Positions 18,461-28,509 of a stretch of 64,000 bases of DNA are shown here, piece after piece (the stretch's first letter is position 1; each line of letters starts with the position of its first letter). Position numbers and translations under genes: made by a program. The notes beneath the pieces were generated by a model. The model made no database searches. It had not been told where the DNA came from and saw nothing but the letters and a program-made list of their open reading frames with translations. Origin of the DNA: an uncultured virus (IMG/VR IMGVR_UViG_3300017992_000022) (Duplodnaviria > Heunggongvirae > Uroviricota > Caudoviricetes); the IMG/VR virus record IMGVR_UViG_3300017992_000022. One strand, written 5' to 3'.

Positions 18461-21333
18461 AGAGACCTGTTCAAGAGATCTTCTTCCTCTTCCAAGTCTG
18501 GGACATCATCGATTTCCGTAACTCCGCTCTCGTCATCTTGGTCCGAGAAATCGAAGTTCGCGTCCGTATCTTCGAAGGAACTGATCAATCTATCGTCTAC
18601 GTTTTCCTCGTCCAGTGTCCTCCCTTGAGGTACATCATTTTGCGCGATAGCCCGCATTTTCTCCAGTAAATTACCGCCATACGAAGAGGCATCCTTGGTC
18701 AACCCAAAGAACTCGGATATCTCTCCCAGGAGCAAGAGCTCATGAGCCCTGTCCATACCGCGCTCTTGCAGCATGTCCAGAATTGCGTCGATCCTCGGTA
18801 CCGCAGATGTCGTAAAGTCCTCCAAAATGACCGATAGTTGATCGTACACATTGTAGAGGTTATTGGCCGCAGTTGTGGCGGTGCCCACTAACGCTGCTGA
18901 TGGATTCTTGTTGACCAAAAGTGGGTTCAGCGTGCGCTCTAGCTCCAATATGTCTTCGGCATACTTCGACGTCTCAAGAACGGAAGAAAACCAATTGGAC
19001 AGGGCGGAAGCAAAAGACGCGTAGGCTAAAGCCCCCCCGCTGTCGATCTGGTACAGATGGGAAACAAGATCGTTCACCACTTCAGGAGTGACTTCGATCT
19101 GGTACCCGTCATCTGTTACCGCGGTAACAGTATGTTGGGTCGCGTAGGTAGGCCCCTTCAGTGTCAGCACGTCCCCTACCGCCACATCCTCTCTACTAAA
19201 GCTCAAATCCTTGCCTGAGCTACGCACTTTCACCCCGGAAGTGCTGCCTCGAACAGTCCCCGGGGTAAGACCAATCTCCGAGTTCGCAGAAGCGGCGTTC
19301 ACGGTCAGTGCAGAAGTTAGATCTAAAGTGTCAGAATTGATGATCAAGCGATCTCGGTGTATCTCCCAATTCTGATTCTGAGACTCGTCCCCCGTGACTG
19401 CGGAAAACGGTCTGCCCACCGTGAGCTCATCGAACAAGCCGCCCAAGTTCACGGCCGTGATAGGGTACCAGCCGAAGTTGTCCCCATTGGCTACGCGCAA
19501 CCTGTCGCTCGTAGAGATAGGAGCAGAAATAGTCCCAGAAGGCAGACGGAGCTTGTAGTCACTCCCGTCCAGTACAGCCACACCACCAGTCCCCGACTGC
19601 ACGGTCTGTTCATCCCGCTCGGTAGACACACCACTCAAAGCAGAGATCTCACTATCCAAATCGTCAATGGTGACGTACGTTGATCGATCTTCTTGACCCT
19701 CGTAGAAGCCGAGTGCGATCACCGCTCCCTCTTGGGCGGAAGTGGACGAATCCACCAGCACGTGTGACCCCTCCCCGTAACTGAGAGAGGATACTTTCAC
19801 GACAGTGATAGATCCAGATACAGTGACAACAGTTTCTGCAGAAGCGTCTATTGCCGCAGAGGCCCCAGCAATGTCTGCAGCAACCTGAGCTGCTGTCCGC
19901 GTAGATCCCGTCGTGAGAGCTGCTACAACTACGGTTGTGTCATCTACAACGAAACGAATGGAGTCGTTGGCGTCCTGACCCGATGCTTCTTGTTCATCTG
20001 TGAACCCTAATGCTGGGTTCAGTGTGGGGTTGGACCCGAGTACGATCGAATGCCTACCCACGGAATCGTACTCGATGTGTAGACTGCCCCCGACATCCGA
20101 CGCTGTGGCTACGTCGTCAAAAGTTCCTGCAACCCCGTCAATGCGCGTTGCGGCATTGATCTCAGCAGCGACCTGAGACGCAGTCCTAGACCCAGATGTG
20201 AGAGAGGTCTGGTACCCAATACCGTCCACGTAAATGCGAAAAGAGTTATCTGGAGAAGCAGGCACCGTGTAAGGCCCTGACCCGGAGCTCGTCATCTCGG
20301 CCGTACTGGCCGCGTGTATGTCGTATGACTCGTCGATGGAACCGATAACTGAAGCAGGATCGTCTGGAGTCAGGGTGACCACCTGCTCCAATCCCTCGTT
20401 TACCTCTATCTTGATCTCGTTCGTAGACGGCGTAATGAGGTACGGAGCAGAAATAGTCGGAGACAAAGAAGCAGCCGTGGCTTCTGAAGCTGGGTAAGCC
20501 GCAGCCGCTCTATCAGACGAACTGGAGGAGGACGCCATCCTAGACTCACGTGGATCTGATATCGACGTGAGGTTAGTGATAACAGACTTACCGGCCTGGA
20601 TCCTAAGGAAGGCGTCCCTCGTTATCTCGATCGCCCCGTCCCTTGTCTTTCCGTCAAACTCATCCTTGAGATCTCTGAGGTCTTTGCGGACTTTTTGTAC
20701 CGAAGTCTGAATAGACAGGAGCGGAAGATTGGCGGATAGGAATTCGCTCATCGACTCTGTGAGCTTCTCTGCCTCTGAGACCACGGTGACGTGCAAGTCT
20801 CGGAGCTCGGCTATGTTCTCCTTGATCGACGATTGCGCTTTCTGCGGCGGGCGCACGATCTCGTAAGTCTCGGGAAACGACGACCCCGTCGCGCGACGAA
20901 CATTTGGTGTCAGGGAGCCCGAGGTGAAATTGTCCAGCGACCTGCTGTATCTGCTGAACGGTTGATCTGTGATCGCATTGTTGTTCTCGATGGTCCTCTC
21001 GACTTCGAGCAATGCAGCCGCAGCATCAGACAAGAGACTGGTCTGCGTCACCTCTTTGGTGTCCCTACCAACCTCGCCAATACCGTCGATGATGTCGTCC
21101 AGATACTCTATGGCCTGCTCGACGTCTTGATTGACGCGGTTGGCCGCCAGAGAGAGCAAGTAGAAGATGGCACTGGGGTTGAAGACAAGCGTGCTGGCCG
21201 CTATCTCTCGTACCTCGCCAAACGTGTAGTTTGTGTCCAGAGGACCGAGAGGAGTACGCTCGGTCTTCACCTCCTGGCGGACGAACTGGCTTACAGCGTC
21301 TTCCAGTTCTTCGTCAGTGAAGTTGGCCATCAA
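18457..21333 (-). CDS. Large structural protein (helical termini, central repeated beta domains)
   Basis: 958 aa; two copies of G(S/T)RTA(S/A)QVAA(E/D)I; virion module context. Confidence 0.55.
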   Translation of the reverse strand: MMANFTDEELEDAVSQFVRQEVKTERTPLGPLDTNYTFGEVREIAASTLVFNPSAIFYLLSLAANRVNQDVEQAIEYLDDIIDGIGEVGRDTKEVTQTSLLSDAAAALLEVERTIENNNAITDQPFSRYSRSLDNFTSGSLTPNVRRATGSSFPETYEIVRPPQKAQSSIKENIAELRDLHVTVVSEAEKLTESMSEFLSANLPLLSIQTSVQKVRKDLRDLKDEFDGKTRDGAIEITRDAFLRIQAGKSVITNLTSISDPRESRMASSSSSSDRAAAAYPASEATAASLSPTISAPYLITPSTNEIKIEVNEGLEQVVTLTPDDPASVIGSIDESYDIHAASTAEMTSSGSGPYTVPASPDNSFRIYVDGIGYQTSLTSGSRTASQVAAEINAATRIDGVAGTFDDVATASDVGGSLHIEYDSVGRHSIVLGSNPTLNPALGFTDEQEASGQDANDSIRFVVDDTTVVVAALTTGSTRTAAQVAADIAGASAAIDASAETVVTVSGSITVVKVSSLSYGEGSHVLVDSSTSAQEGAVIALGFYEGQEDRSTYVTIDDLDSEISALSGVSTERDEQTVQSGTGGVAVLDGSDYKLRLPSGTISAPISTSDRLRVANGDNFGWYPITAVNLGGLFDELTVGRPFSAVTGDESQNQNWEIHRDRLIINSDTLDLTSALTVNAASANSEIGLTPGTVRGSTSGVKVRSSGKDLSFSREDVAVGDVLTLKGPTYATQHTVTAVTDDGYQIEVTPEVVNDLVSHLYQIDSGGALAYASFASALSNWFSSVLETSKYAEDILELERTLNPLLVNKNPSAALVGTATTAANNLYNVYDQLSVILEDFTTSAVPRIDAILDMLQERGMDRAHELLLLGEISEFFGLTKDASSYGGNLLEKMRAIAQNDVPQGRTLDEENVDDRLISSFEDTDANFDFSDQDDESGVTEIDDVPDLEEEEDLLNRSL

Positions 21334-21680
21334 ACTCTCCTAATGAGATCAAACTTGCGCACGTCCCGTGGCAGCAGAGCTAGAGTCTTTGTTCTGATCC
21401 TGTTTGGGTCTTGATCTAGAACTTCGCAGATGCTCTGGAAAGAAGTGAAGCGATCTAATGGGTGCATCTCCATTATTTCACGCTCGTCGAACATCCACTT
21501 GAATGCGTCCACAGCTGTACGCCTGTTGACCAACCTTTTGTCGTTTTTGTACAGAGCGATGTCAAAAGCAGCCCTGCGAATGACAGCTGCCAAAAGTACC
21601 TTGACTTGATTGTATTGCGGTCGCGACTCCCTCACGACTAGCACCGTTGGAACGTCGAACATGTCTGGAAATTTGATCAT
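21330..21680 (-). CDS. Hypothetical protein (LLAAVIxxA...AxxW...SFxSICEVL pattern)
   Basis: 116 aa, coupled to its neighbours; the pattern recalls a small uncharacterised family; function unknown. Confidence 0.55.
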   Translation of the reverse strand: MIKFPDMFDVPTVLVVRESRPQYNQVKVLLAAVIRRAAFDIALYKNDKRLVNRRTAVDAFKWMFDEREIMEMHPLDRFTSFQSICEVLDQDPNRIRTKTLALLPRDVRKFDLIRRV

Positions 21681-22612
21681 TAGCTCACCGTGATAGAGAG
21701 AGGAGTGTACGTGATCCCCGCATCTGGGATTACCACGATCGACTCGTCCCTTCTGCTCACGTCGAGCTGGGTCGATCCCGCTGCTAGTCCGGTGATAGAA
21801 ATGGTGTCGGAGCCAACAGACACAGACGCTACATCAGAATCTGCGGCCTCGTATTCGACGTCTTCTCCGGCTGCCCCGTCGAGAACACGTTGGTCTGACC
21901 CAACAACCGTCGGGGTGACCTCGACAGTCTCACCAACCGAGATAGAGACGGAAGTCGGAACAAACGTTACCTGCTCCACTACGGGGAAGAGAAGCTCCAC
22001 CAGATTCTCAGAAGACGCATCCGGTACAACGACCTCCCTCTGGCAATCTTCCAGCGTCTCTACCTCAACTGAGTATTCTCCCCCCCTATAGAGGTCTATT
22101 TCCAGATATCCGTCCTCGTCTGTACGAGCATGGATATCCCCCCACATGACACTGTCTCCGTCTACGACAGCAGGCTTGAAACGGGGAGTGAAGATCACGT
22201 CCAGGTTCGGATAAGGAGACCCATCAGCCCGTTTGAAGAAACCGCTGGCGCGGCACAGACGTGGGTCTGTGGCCACAGGACGAGAGAAGGTCTCCCCCTT
22301 CACCGTGAAGTCATTCGTTCCGCTCGGAGAGGAGGCAGCAGGCGTCCACACTTCAATGAGCTGAGGTGACTTCGAGTCGTCCCCGAGACTGCCGTCAAAC
22401 GCTACACCCACCTTCGACAAACGGATCTGGTACTCGTTAGGAGGATCGTCCCCATCTAGTGTGAAGTCCGCGATACCGTTGACATCGGTGTAGTCTTGGC
22501 TGATGAAGACTACTCCTGCAGCATCGAACACACGCACCAGTACTTGGTCGATGGGGTCCGCTGTAGGAGTCTGTTCGTCCTCTACGAATATCTGAACAGT
22601 TTCACTCGCCAT
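21680..22612 (-). CDS. Structural protein with prealbumin-like folds and a C-terminal Big_2-like Ig domain
   Basis: TDVNGIADF and TDEDGYLEI motifs; DSDVASV...ITGLAAGSTQL. Confidence 0.6.
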   Translation of the reverse strand: MASETVQIFVEDEQTPTADPIDQVLVRVFDAAGVVFISQDYTDVNGIADFTLDGDDPPNEYQIRLSKVGVAFDGSLGDDSKSPQLIEVWTPAASSPSGTNDFTVKGETFSRPVATDPRLCRASGFFKRADGSPYPNLDVIFTPRFKPAVVDGDSVMWGDIHARTDEDGYLEIDLYRGGEYSVEVETLEDCQREVVVPDASSENLVELLFPVVEQVTFVPTSVSISVGETVEVTPTVVGSDQRVLDGAAGEDVEYEAADSDVASVSVGSDTISITGLAAGSTQLDVSRRDESIVVIPDAGITYTPLSITVS

Positions 22613-22677
22613 CTTCGTGTCTCCAAGATGCGTTGAGCGCGGCGGACTCTACCGATCCTAGAGGAACACTGGGCGAA

Positions 22678-23631
22678 TTACGATCTCCTCGGGGCATAAG
22701 GCAAATCCGGCTGCTTGATCTCTAGTTGACCACCGACAACCAGACTATCATCCAAAAGATCGAAGGTCGACCCAGTGTCAGGTACTCTGATTCGTCGAAC
22801 AATTGAGGTACCCACGAATATTACATCCACCAGAGATCCCTTCACAAGTGTCGTCTCTGCGTACCCGGCTCCGTCAGTCTCGATCGTGATGGACTCCCCA
22901 AAGATCCCGTAGTCATCGGCCTTCACTTCATCAAAAACGTTGACGATGGTGATCTTTCTTTCAGCCAGAGCTACGCCGTCTAGTCCAGCAAGTAGCACCG
23001 TGCCCACAATGAGGTTGGAGGCGTCGATTACAGCCCCGGTATCTCCCTGGACCCAATCCGACCAATCACTGTAGATACCGTTTACTGTGTGCAGATAACG
23101 CGTCCGGTAGTAATAGCTCGACAACCCGCTACCGTCGTCGAACTCGTACTCCTCTACGCCAGCCTGCAGAGCTACATGCTCCGCCTCCCCATTGTCTTTG
23201 TCCCCAACCGTGAATCCGAGCTCCGTTAGAGCTGTTCCACTGACGATTTCTAGGGTGTACTCCGTGCCGTCGTTGTCCGTCTCGAGCTTCAGCTGCCCTG
23301 TACCGTCGTCAGACGGCGTAGCGTCCAAACCGGCTAGGGTGAGAGCGTCTGCGATCTCGTTCACTACATCTGGAATCGCGACTGGATCTGGGGAAGTGAA
23401 GGTTACCGTAACAGAGGTTCCGTTGACCTTGAAAGTGAAGGTCTTGCCGTTGACGATGAAAGGACCTTCTTCGGTCCCTGTCAGCGCGGCCGGTTGAGCA
23501 GTCAACTCTGTCAGGTCCACTTCCGTAGTCGTAGGAGGAGCCGTGGTAGACCGCTGGACCTCGATTGCGTCGTAGAGCGACATGACATTCGCCAACTCTG
23601 CAACGTAGATTTTGATCTTGATGGTGGCCAC
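22678..23631 (-). CDS. Structural protein
   Basis: GTG start with GAGGAG RBS; FN3-like YYYRTRY..SDWSD; ETDGAGYAET..VPD resembles 21680..22612. Confidence 0.55.
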   Translation of the reverse strand: MATIKIKIYVAELANVMSLYDAIEVQRSTTAPPTTTEVDLTELTAQPAALTGTEEGPFIVNGKTFTFKVNGTSVTVTFTSPDPVAIPDVVNEIADALTLAGLDATPSDDGTGQLKLETDNDGTEYTLEIVSGTALTELGFTVGDKDNGEAEHVALQAGVEEYEFDDGSGLSSYYYRTRYLHTVNGIYSDWSDWVQGDTGAVIDASNLIVGTVLLAGLDGVALAERKITIVNVFDEVKADDYGIFGESITIETDGAGYAETTLVKGSLVDVIFVGTSIVRRIRVPDTGSTFDLLDDSLVVGGQLEIKQPDLPYAPRRS

Positions 23632-23633
23632 GG

Positions 23634-23816
23634 CTACTCCTCGTCAGCCTCAATGATCTTGGGCTTCAATGCACTCGGGTCGCTGGGAGCGATGACGTCT
23701 CTCACTTGCGGCTTCAGCTCCACGCGCTTGACGATTTCTGGCTTGTACGCAGGGATGACATCATCTTCTGGCCTGCGCCAGCAAATGAATCCATGCGTCA
23801 CCAGGCTGATGCTCAT
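23634..23816 (-). CDS. Small hypothetical protein
   Basis: 60 aa with GGAG RBS; fills the gap exactly. Confidence 0.55.
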   Translation of the reverse strand: MSISLVTHGFICWRRPEDDVIPAYKPEIVKRVELKPQVRDVIAPSDPSALKPKIIEADEE

Positions 23817-23828
23817 AGCGTCTCCAAG

Positions 23829-26579
23829 TTAGGGGTTCAAGGTGACTCTGTACGTATCCGGCTTGCCGACGGCAGTGTACGAAGACTCCATGGTGTACGA
23901 GGCGATCAATCCCGTCGTGTAGTTGTCTCCATCAGTGGCTGCGTCGGCATTAGCCTTCGAATCGTAGATACGGATCCTAGCAGACGTCAGCTGATTATCC
24001 GCGTCTAATACCATGTTGTCGATAAAAGCGTTCTCGTGGTTCAGCCCCAAAACACGGAGCATTTTAGCCACCATATCGGTGGTATCAGCGAGAATATCCT
24101 CGATCGTCCCCGTATCTGTAGTGGGATCTGTTTGCGACCCGTCCAACGCCAAGCGGTAGCGGATCTGTTCCTTCTCCGCCGTTGTCCAGCCTCCCCCAGC
24201 AGATCCTCCTTGCCACGTACCAGCACCGTGAGCTGCAGTCAGAACCACGTCCACAGCGGTCGGCACAGCAGAAATCGCCGCATCCAAATTGTCCAAAAGG
24301 GCCGCTCTCACAGCGGTGTACCCCTGTGTATCCAAAGCAGACTGCACATCGGCTTGACTCAAATCGTTGAGCGCTCCAACTGCTGAGAGCACAGCTGAGA
24401 TGGCAGCATCCAAATTGTCGAGGAGCGCAGCCCTCACTGAGCTGTACCCTTGGTTGTCCAGCGCTGTTTGGACATCGGCGACGCTCAGGTTGTTGAGAGA
24501 TGAGATAGCTGCGTCCAAATTGTCGATCAAAGACGCGCGAACAGTTGTGTACCCTTGGTTGTCCAAAGCGGTCTGTACATCTGCAATGCTCAAATTGTTG
24601 AGCGACGAAATAGCCACGTCCAGGTTATCTAGATTCGAAGCGCGGACTGTGGTGTACCCTTGCGCAGTCAAAGCGGCTTGAACGTCCGATTGATCGACAT
24701 CGTTGAGAGCAGCAATAGCAGCCTGAGTCGTGTTGTGCTCCGCAATCTGGTTGCTCTCATCGGCTGGGTCTACTGGTAGACGGGAATCCACAGCAGCCGT
24801 ATCCGCTAAGATATCCTCGATGGTGCCTGTGTTCGTGGTTGGATCTGTTTGCACCCCATCCATAGCGAGGCGATAACGTATCTGCTCACGCTCAGCGGAG
24901 CTCCAATCAGTAGTCCCTCCACTTCCTGTTTCCCACGAACCGCTACCGTGCGCCGCCGAGAGGACGGAATCCACAGCCGATGGAACAGCGGAAATAGCCC
25001 CATCCAGATTATCCAGAAGGGCGGCTCTCACAGTCGTGTAGCCTTGCGCGGTCATAGCTGCTTGGACGTCTGCCTGGCTCAAATCATTGAGAGCCCCGAT
25101 AGCGGACAACACGGAAGAGATAGCCGCATCTAGATCGCTCAAGTTATCCAAGAGCGCCGCTCTTCCCGCCGTGTATCCTTGGTTCGTCAGAGCGGTCTGC
25201 ACGTCCGCGATGCTCAAGTCATTGAGCGACGAAATGGCAGCATCCAAATTGTCCAAGTTCACTGCTCTACCAGCGGTGTAACCCTGATTCGTCAAGGCTG
25301 TCTGCACATCAGCGATGCTCAAATTGTTGAGGGCGGCGATAGCAGCCTGAGTAGTATTGTGCTCTGCGATTTGATTCGATTCGTCTGCTGGGTCTGCCGG
25401 CAAACGAGCATCGATGGCGGCCGTCTCGATTGCGATCTGGTTATCCCTAGATCTGTCAGACGTGGTGTACCCGACCTCTGCAGAATCGGTAACCATACGG
25501 CTCATGTCCTTAACGAACGTCACGCCGCTTTCGTCGTAAGTGAAAGTGAATATCAACTGCTCGATCGCATGAGCGTTTGAGACCGTGTAGGACACTTCGT
25601 AACGACCGACTGAAAGCTTCGTCATTGTCGTAGAAGACAGATTAGCGCTGCGGTCGGTGCCAGACTGATTCGTGACCCCCACAGTGATCGTGTCCGTATC
25701 TGGGTCTTCCGGGTTCCCTGACGTGTCCTCCAGATTGACGTGGATCTTGTAAACGATCGATCCCGCTGAAGGGATTTCAAACGGTGATGGGGCACTGGTA
25801 CGGAACCTAGTCACCGCCGCGATATCCGCAATATCAGATCGGACGTTGGAGATTGTATCGTCCAAATTATCCAGATTAGCGGCGCGTCCAGGAGTATACC
25901 CCTGAGACGTCATAGCTGCTTGCACATCAGCCTGAGAGAGGTCGTTCAGTGCCGCGATGGCAGCTTGCGTCGTGTTGTGCTCCGCAATCTGGTTGCTCTC
26001 GTCGGCTGGATCTGCCGGCAACCTACCATCAATTGCAGCCGTGTCCGTGAGAATCGCCCCCACGTCCGCTCCATTGAACGGGGTGGAGTCTGCAAGTATT
26101 GCGTCACGGACCTCATTAGCACCACTCGCAGCTACTGCATCAGCATCCACGGCGTCTGCAACCAGGTCCATAGCGTCACCGGGCGCCGCCCTAGAGCTGA
26201 TGTCTGCGTCGATGGAGTCCGCCCACAGACCGACTTGCACAGCCCCAGTCTGCGGAACGTTTTTGGCATTGCCGCCGGTCTCCTTGATGAAGTAGTGGTA
26301 AGCGTCTCCAGCAGCTACAGCATTAGTGATCGACGAAGTGTCGAAGTCGTAGTAATAGACCCCGGGGGCGTTAGTGGCGTCCAGCTCTGACATCTGTTGG
26401 TCGATATCGGTGTGGCCTGACGCCTTGAAGGTATCGTCGTCGAAGTCATAGAAGTACCCGTCCGAGGCTCTCCAGATCAACAATTGCACTGTGGACAGGC
26501 CGGTAGTTGGGCTCGATGGATCTCCATCATGTAGCGGAGAAGTTTGAATGGTATCGGTGTCACCGGCCTGGAGGATCAC
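23829..26579 (-). CDS. Fibre-like structural protein with 35-aa coiled-coil repeats
   Basis: Eight copies of LNDLSxADVQxA(L/M)xxQGY(T/S)xxRAxxLDNLD plus two other repeated modules. Confidence 0.65.
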   Translation of the reverse strand: MILQAGDTDTIQTSPLHDGDPSSPTTGLSTVQLLIWRASDGYFYDFDDDTFKASGHTDIDQQMSELDATNAPGVYYYDFDTSSITNAVAAGDAYHYFIKETGGNAKNVPQTGAVQVGLWADSIDADISSRAAPGDAMDLVADAVDADAVAASGANEVRDAILADSTPFNGADVGAILTDTAAIDGRLPADPADESNQIAEHNTTQAAIAALNDLSQADVQAAMTSQGYTPGRAANLDNLDDTISNVRSDIADIAAVTRFRTSAPSPFEIPSAGSIVYKIHVNLEDTSGNPEDPDTDTITVGVTNQSGTDRSANLSSTTMTKLSVGRYEVSYTVSNAHAIEQLIFTFTYDESGVTFVKDMSRMVTDSAEVGYTTSDRSRDNQIAIETAAIDARLPADPADESNQIAEHNTTQAAIAALNNLSIADVQTALTNQGYTAGRAVNLDNLDAAISSLNDLSIADVQTALTNQGYTAGRAALLDNLSDLDAAISSVLSAIGALNDLSQADVQAAMTAQGYTTVRAALLDNLDGAISAVPSAVDSVLSAAHGSGSWETGSGGTTDWSSAEREQIRYRLAMDGVQTDPTTNTGTIEDILADTAAVDSRLPVDPADESNQIAEHNTTQAAIAALNDVDQSDVQAALTAQGYTTVRASNLDNLDVAISSLNNLSIADVQTALDNQGYTTVRASLIDNLDAAISSLNNLSVADVQTALDNQGYSSVRAALLDNLDAAISAVLSAVGALNDLSQADVQSALDTQGYTAVRAALLDNLDAAISAVPTAVDVVLTAAHGAGTWQGGSAGGGWTTAEKEQIRYRLALDGSQTDPTTDTGTIEDILADTTDMVAKMLRVLGLNHENAFIDNMVLDADNQLTSARIRIYDSKANADAATDGDNYTTGLIASYTMESSYTAVGKPDTYRVTLNP

Positions 26580-26582
26580 AGC

Positions 26583-27092
26583 TTACTCCTCTTCCACCAC
26601 TGAAGCATCCAACAGCAGCTTCATCTCTCCCGTATCAGGGTCTGGCACCATCTCGTTCGTCAGAAAGTCGTAGAGAGAACCGAAGATGGCCTCCGCGCAA
26701 CACACTCCCTGTTCCGGGGTGTGGCCACAAAGTCGATCCAGACCGTCATATGGTTCTACTGTCCCTTCACAACCATCTTCCTGACAAGATCCGCCAGCTA
26801 CGTTGTGCCAAGTTTCACACGTGTCGCAAATCCCTAGAGCACGCTCGGACGAACCAGGAGTCTGACCGAAAAAGACCTTCTGGGCATGCGGGTTCCTCCC
26901 TTCCTCGATACGGAAATGGATAGCCAGAGCTCCGCTTTCCGGCTCAGCGTATTGCACTGTGTCCGAGCAATACACGACAAAAATGTCCATCCACCTTGTG
27001 CCTAGAAATGGATTGTTCTCCATCTTCAAAGCCACGATCCTAGCCCTGGCAATCGCGACTGACTGCTTTGGTGTTGTTAATGAGGCATACAT
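26583..27092 (-). CDS. Hypothetical protein with Cys cluster
   Basis: 169 aa; CDTC..CQEDGC. Confidence 0.6.
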   Translation of the reverse strand: MYASLTTPKQSVAIARARIVALKMENNPFLGTRWMDIFVVYCSDTVQYAEPESGALAIHFRIEEGRNPHAQKVFFGQTPGSSERALGICDTCETWHNVAGGSCQEDGCEGTVEPYDGLDRLCGHTPEQGVCCAEAIFGSLYDFLTNEMVPDPDTGEMKLLLDASVVEEE

Positions 27093-28339
27093 GAATTCAC
27101 CGCCTTATGGTAGACGCCTACGGTCCTTTCGGCAATTTCTGTCCAACCAAAATCACGAGCTCTCCTCAAACCCCGCGCTCTCAAGTCCGCTCGCGCTTTC
27201 TCAGGTCGGAGCTTGACTAACGCTGCATTGACGGCGTCTGAAGATCTGGCAGGAATGATCTCTGCGAACGTCTCGTCGTTTGATCGAACTATTTCCCCCA
27301 ACCCGTCCTTGTCGGTGGCGATGAGGGGTGTGCCCATCGCCATCGCCTCTAACGCCACGATCCCAAATGGCTCATGCGTGCTAGGCATGATCACAGCATC
27401 GGCAAGCTCGTACATGTCCTTTAGATCTTGGTCCCTCTGAAATCCTATCCAGCGCACGCGCTCGGGAAACTGTCTCTCGGCTCGACGCAGCGCCTTCGTC
27501 ACGTACCAGTCTTCAGCACCTGTGTCTGCATTGACTTCCCCCGCGATCACAATCTGCCAGTCAACGTCGCGGTCGTTTATGGCTTTGAGAAGGTACTCAA
27601 TCCCTTTCATGGTCGCGATCCTACCAACAAAAAGGGCTACGGGACGAAAAGTTTTGACCTGGTGTTTTTCCCTGGCCAGTTCTTTATTCCCGGCTCCCGG
27701 GTACCATTCCTCGAGACTTATCCCGTTGTAGATCATGTTGGGTTCCTTCCCCACAACGCTCAACGGATAGGTCTCCTTAGCGATACGAACATAAGCCTCT
27801 GAACAAAGGATCAATTCAGAGTTCTCGATCAAGAGCTTTCCTTCTTGGTTGTAGACCCATAGATCCATCTCGTCCCAAGTCTCCTCACCCTCCTGCTTCC
27901 AGCCCATCGGCCTGTCGTACACTCTCAAGGCTTTCATGCACAGGTGCATGGTGGAGACAATCGGTATCTTCAACGCATCCCTAATGGTCTGCGCCACCTG
28001 AACCGAACTCCACTCATGAGCGTGGATAACGTCCCAACGATGGCCTTCCGCAATCAATGCCAGCATCGTCCGCATCATCTGTAAGTCGCTCTGGAGAACA
28101 GACCTCAAACCAGGCATGGGGGGCTTTTGCGGTACCAGATGAGCAAACCTGTGTTTGTTGTACCCGTCGTACTCCTTTGTCAACGGCCCGGGACCCATCG
28201 TCAATAGGTCTATCTTCACGTCGTCCCTTTGAGACATATGCCTGTAGAGTTCTCGCACATGTCTCCCCATCCCACCAAGAAGCAGCTCGGGGTCCTCCGT
28301 ACAAATTGCGAGAACTCTCAGCACATCGGACATGTCCAT
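27077..28339 (-). CDS. Glycosyltransferase family 4 (GT-B fold)
   Basis: GGMGRHV, DVIHAHEW, IYNGI, FVGRIATMKG and EPFGIVALEAMAMG (Ex7E) motifs. Confidence 0.92.
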   Translation of the reverse strand: MDMSDVLRVLAICTEDPELLLGGMGRHVRELYRHMSQRDDVKIDLLTMGPGPLTKEYDGYNKHRFAHLVPQKPPMPGLRSVLQSDLQMMRTMLALIAEGHRWDVIHAHEWSSVQVAQTIRDALKIPIVSTMHLCMKALRVYDRPMGWKQEGEETWDEMDLWVYNQEGKLLIENSELILCSEAYVRIAKETYPLSVVGKEPNMIYNGISLEEWYPGAGNKELAREKHQVKTFRPVALFVGRIATMKGIEYLLKAINDRDVDWQIVIAGEVNADTGAEDWYVTKALRRAERQFPERVRWIGFQRDQDLKDMYELADAVIMPSTHEPFGIVALEAMAMGTPLIATDKDGLGEIVRSNDETFAEIIPARSSDAVNAALVKLRPEKARADLRARGLRRARDFGWTEIAERTVGVYHKAVNSCMPH

Positions 28340-28509
28340 TTCCCTCCTTCAAACCTCCACCCACGGCTGCGATAGAAGTCGGCCCACCGTCCCTCGTTGT
28401 CGGTCAACTCATTATCGTCTTGGACAATGTTCCCTTCATCGCGACCGCACACGCTGCAATGAACGTACTTATCGGAAGGTTTCCTGTTCCAATTCTTTGA
28501 GACCTTCAT
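28318..28509 (-). CDS. Small Zn-ribbon protein
   Basis: CSVC...GW...WTCPMC; ATGA overlap with the upstream gene. Confidence 0.6.
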   Translation of the reverse strand: MKVSKNWNRKPSDKYVHCSVCGRDEGNIVQDDNELTDNEGRWADFYRSRGWRFEGGKWTCPMC

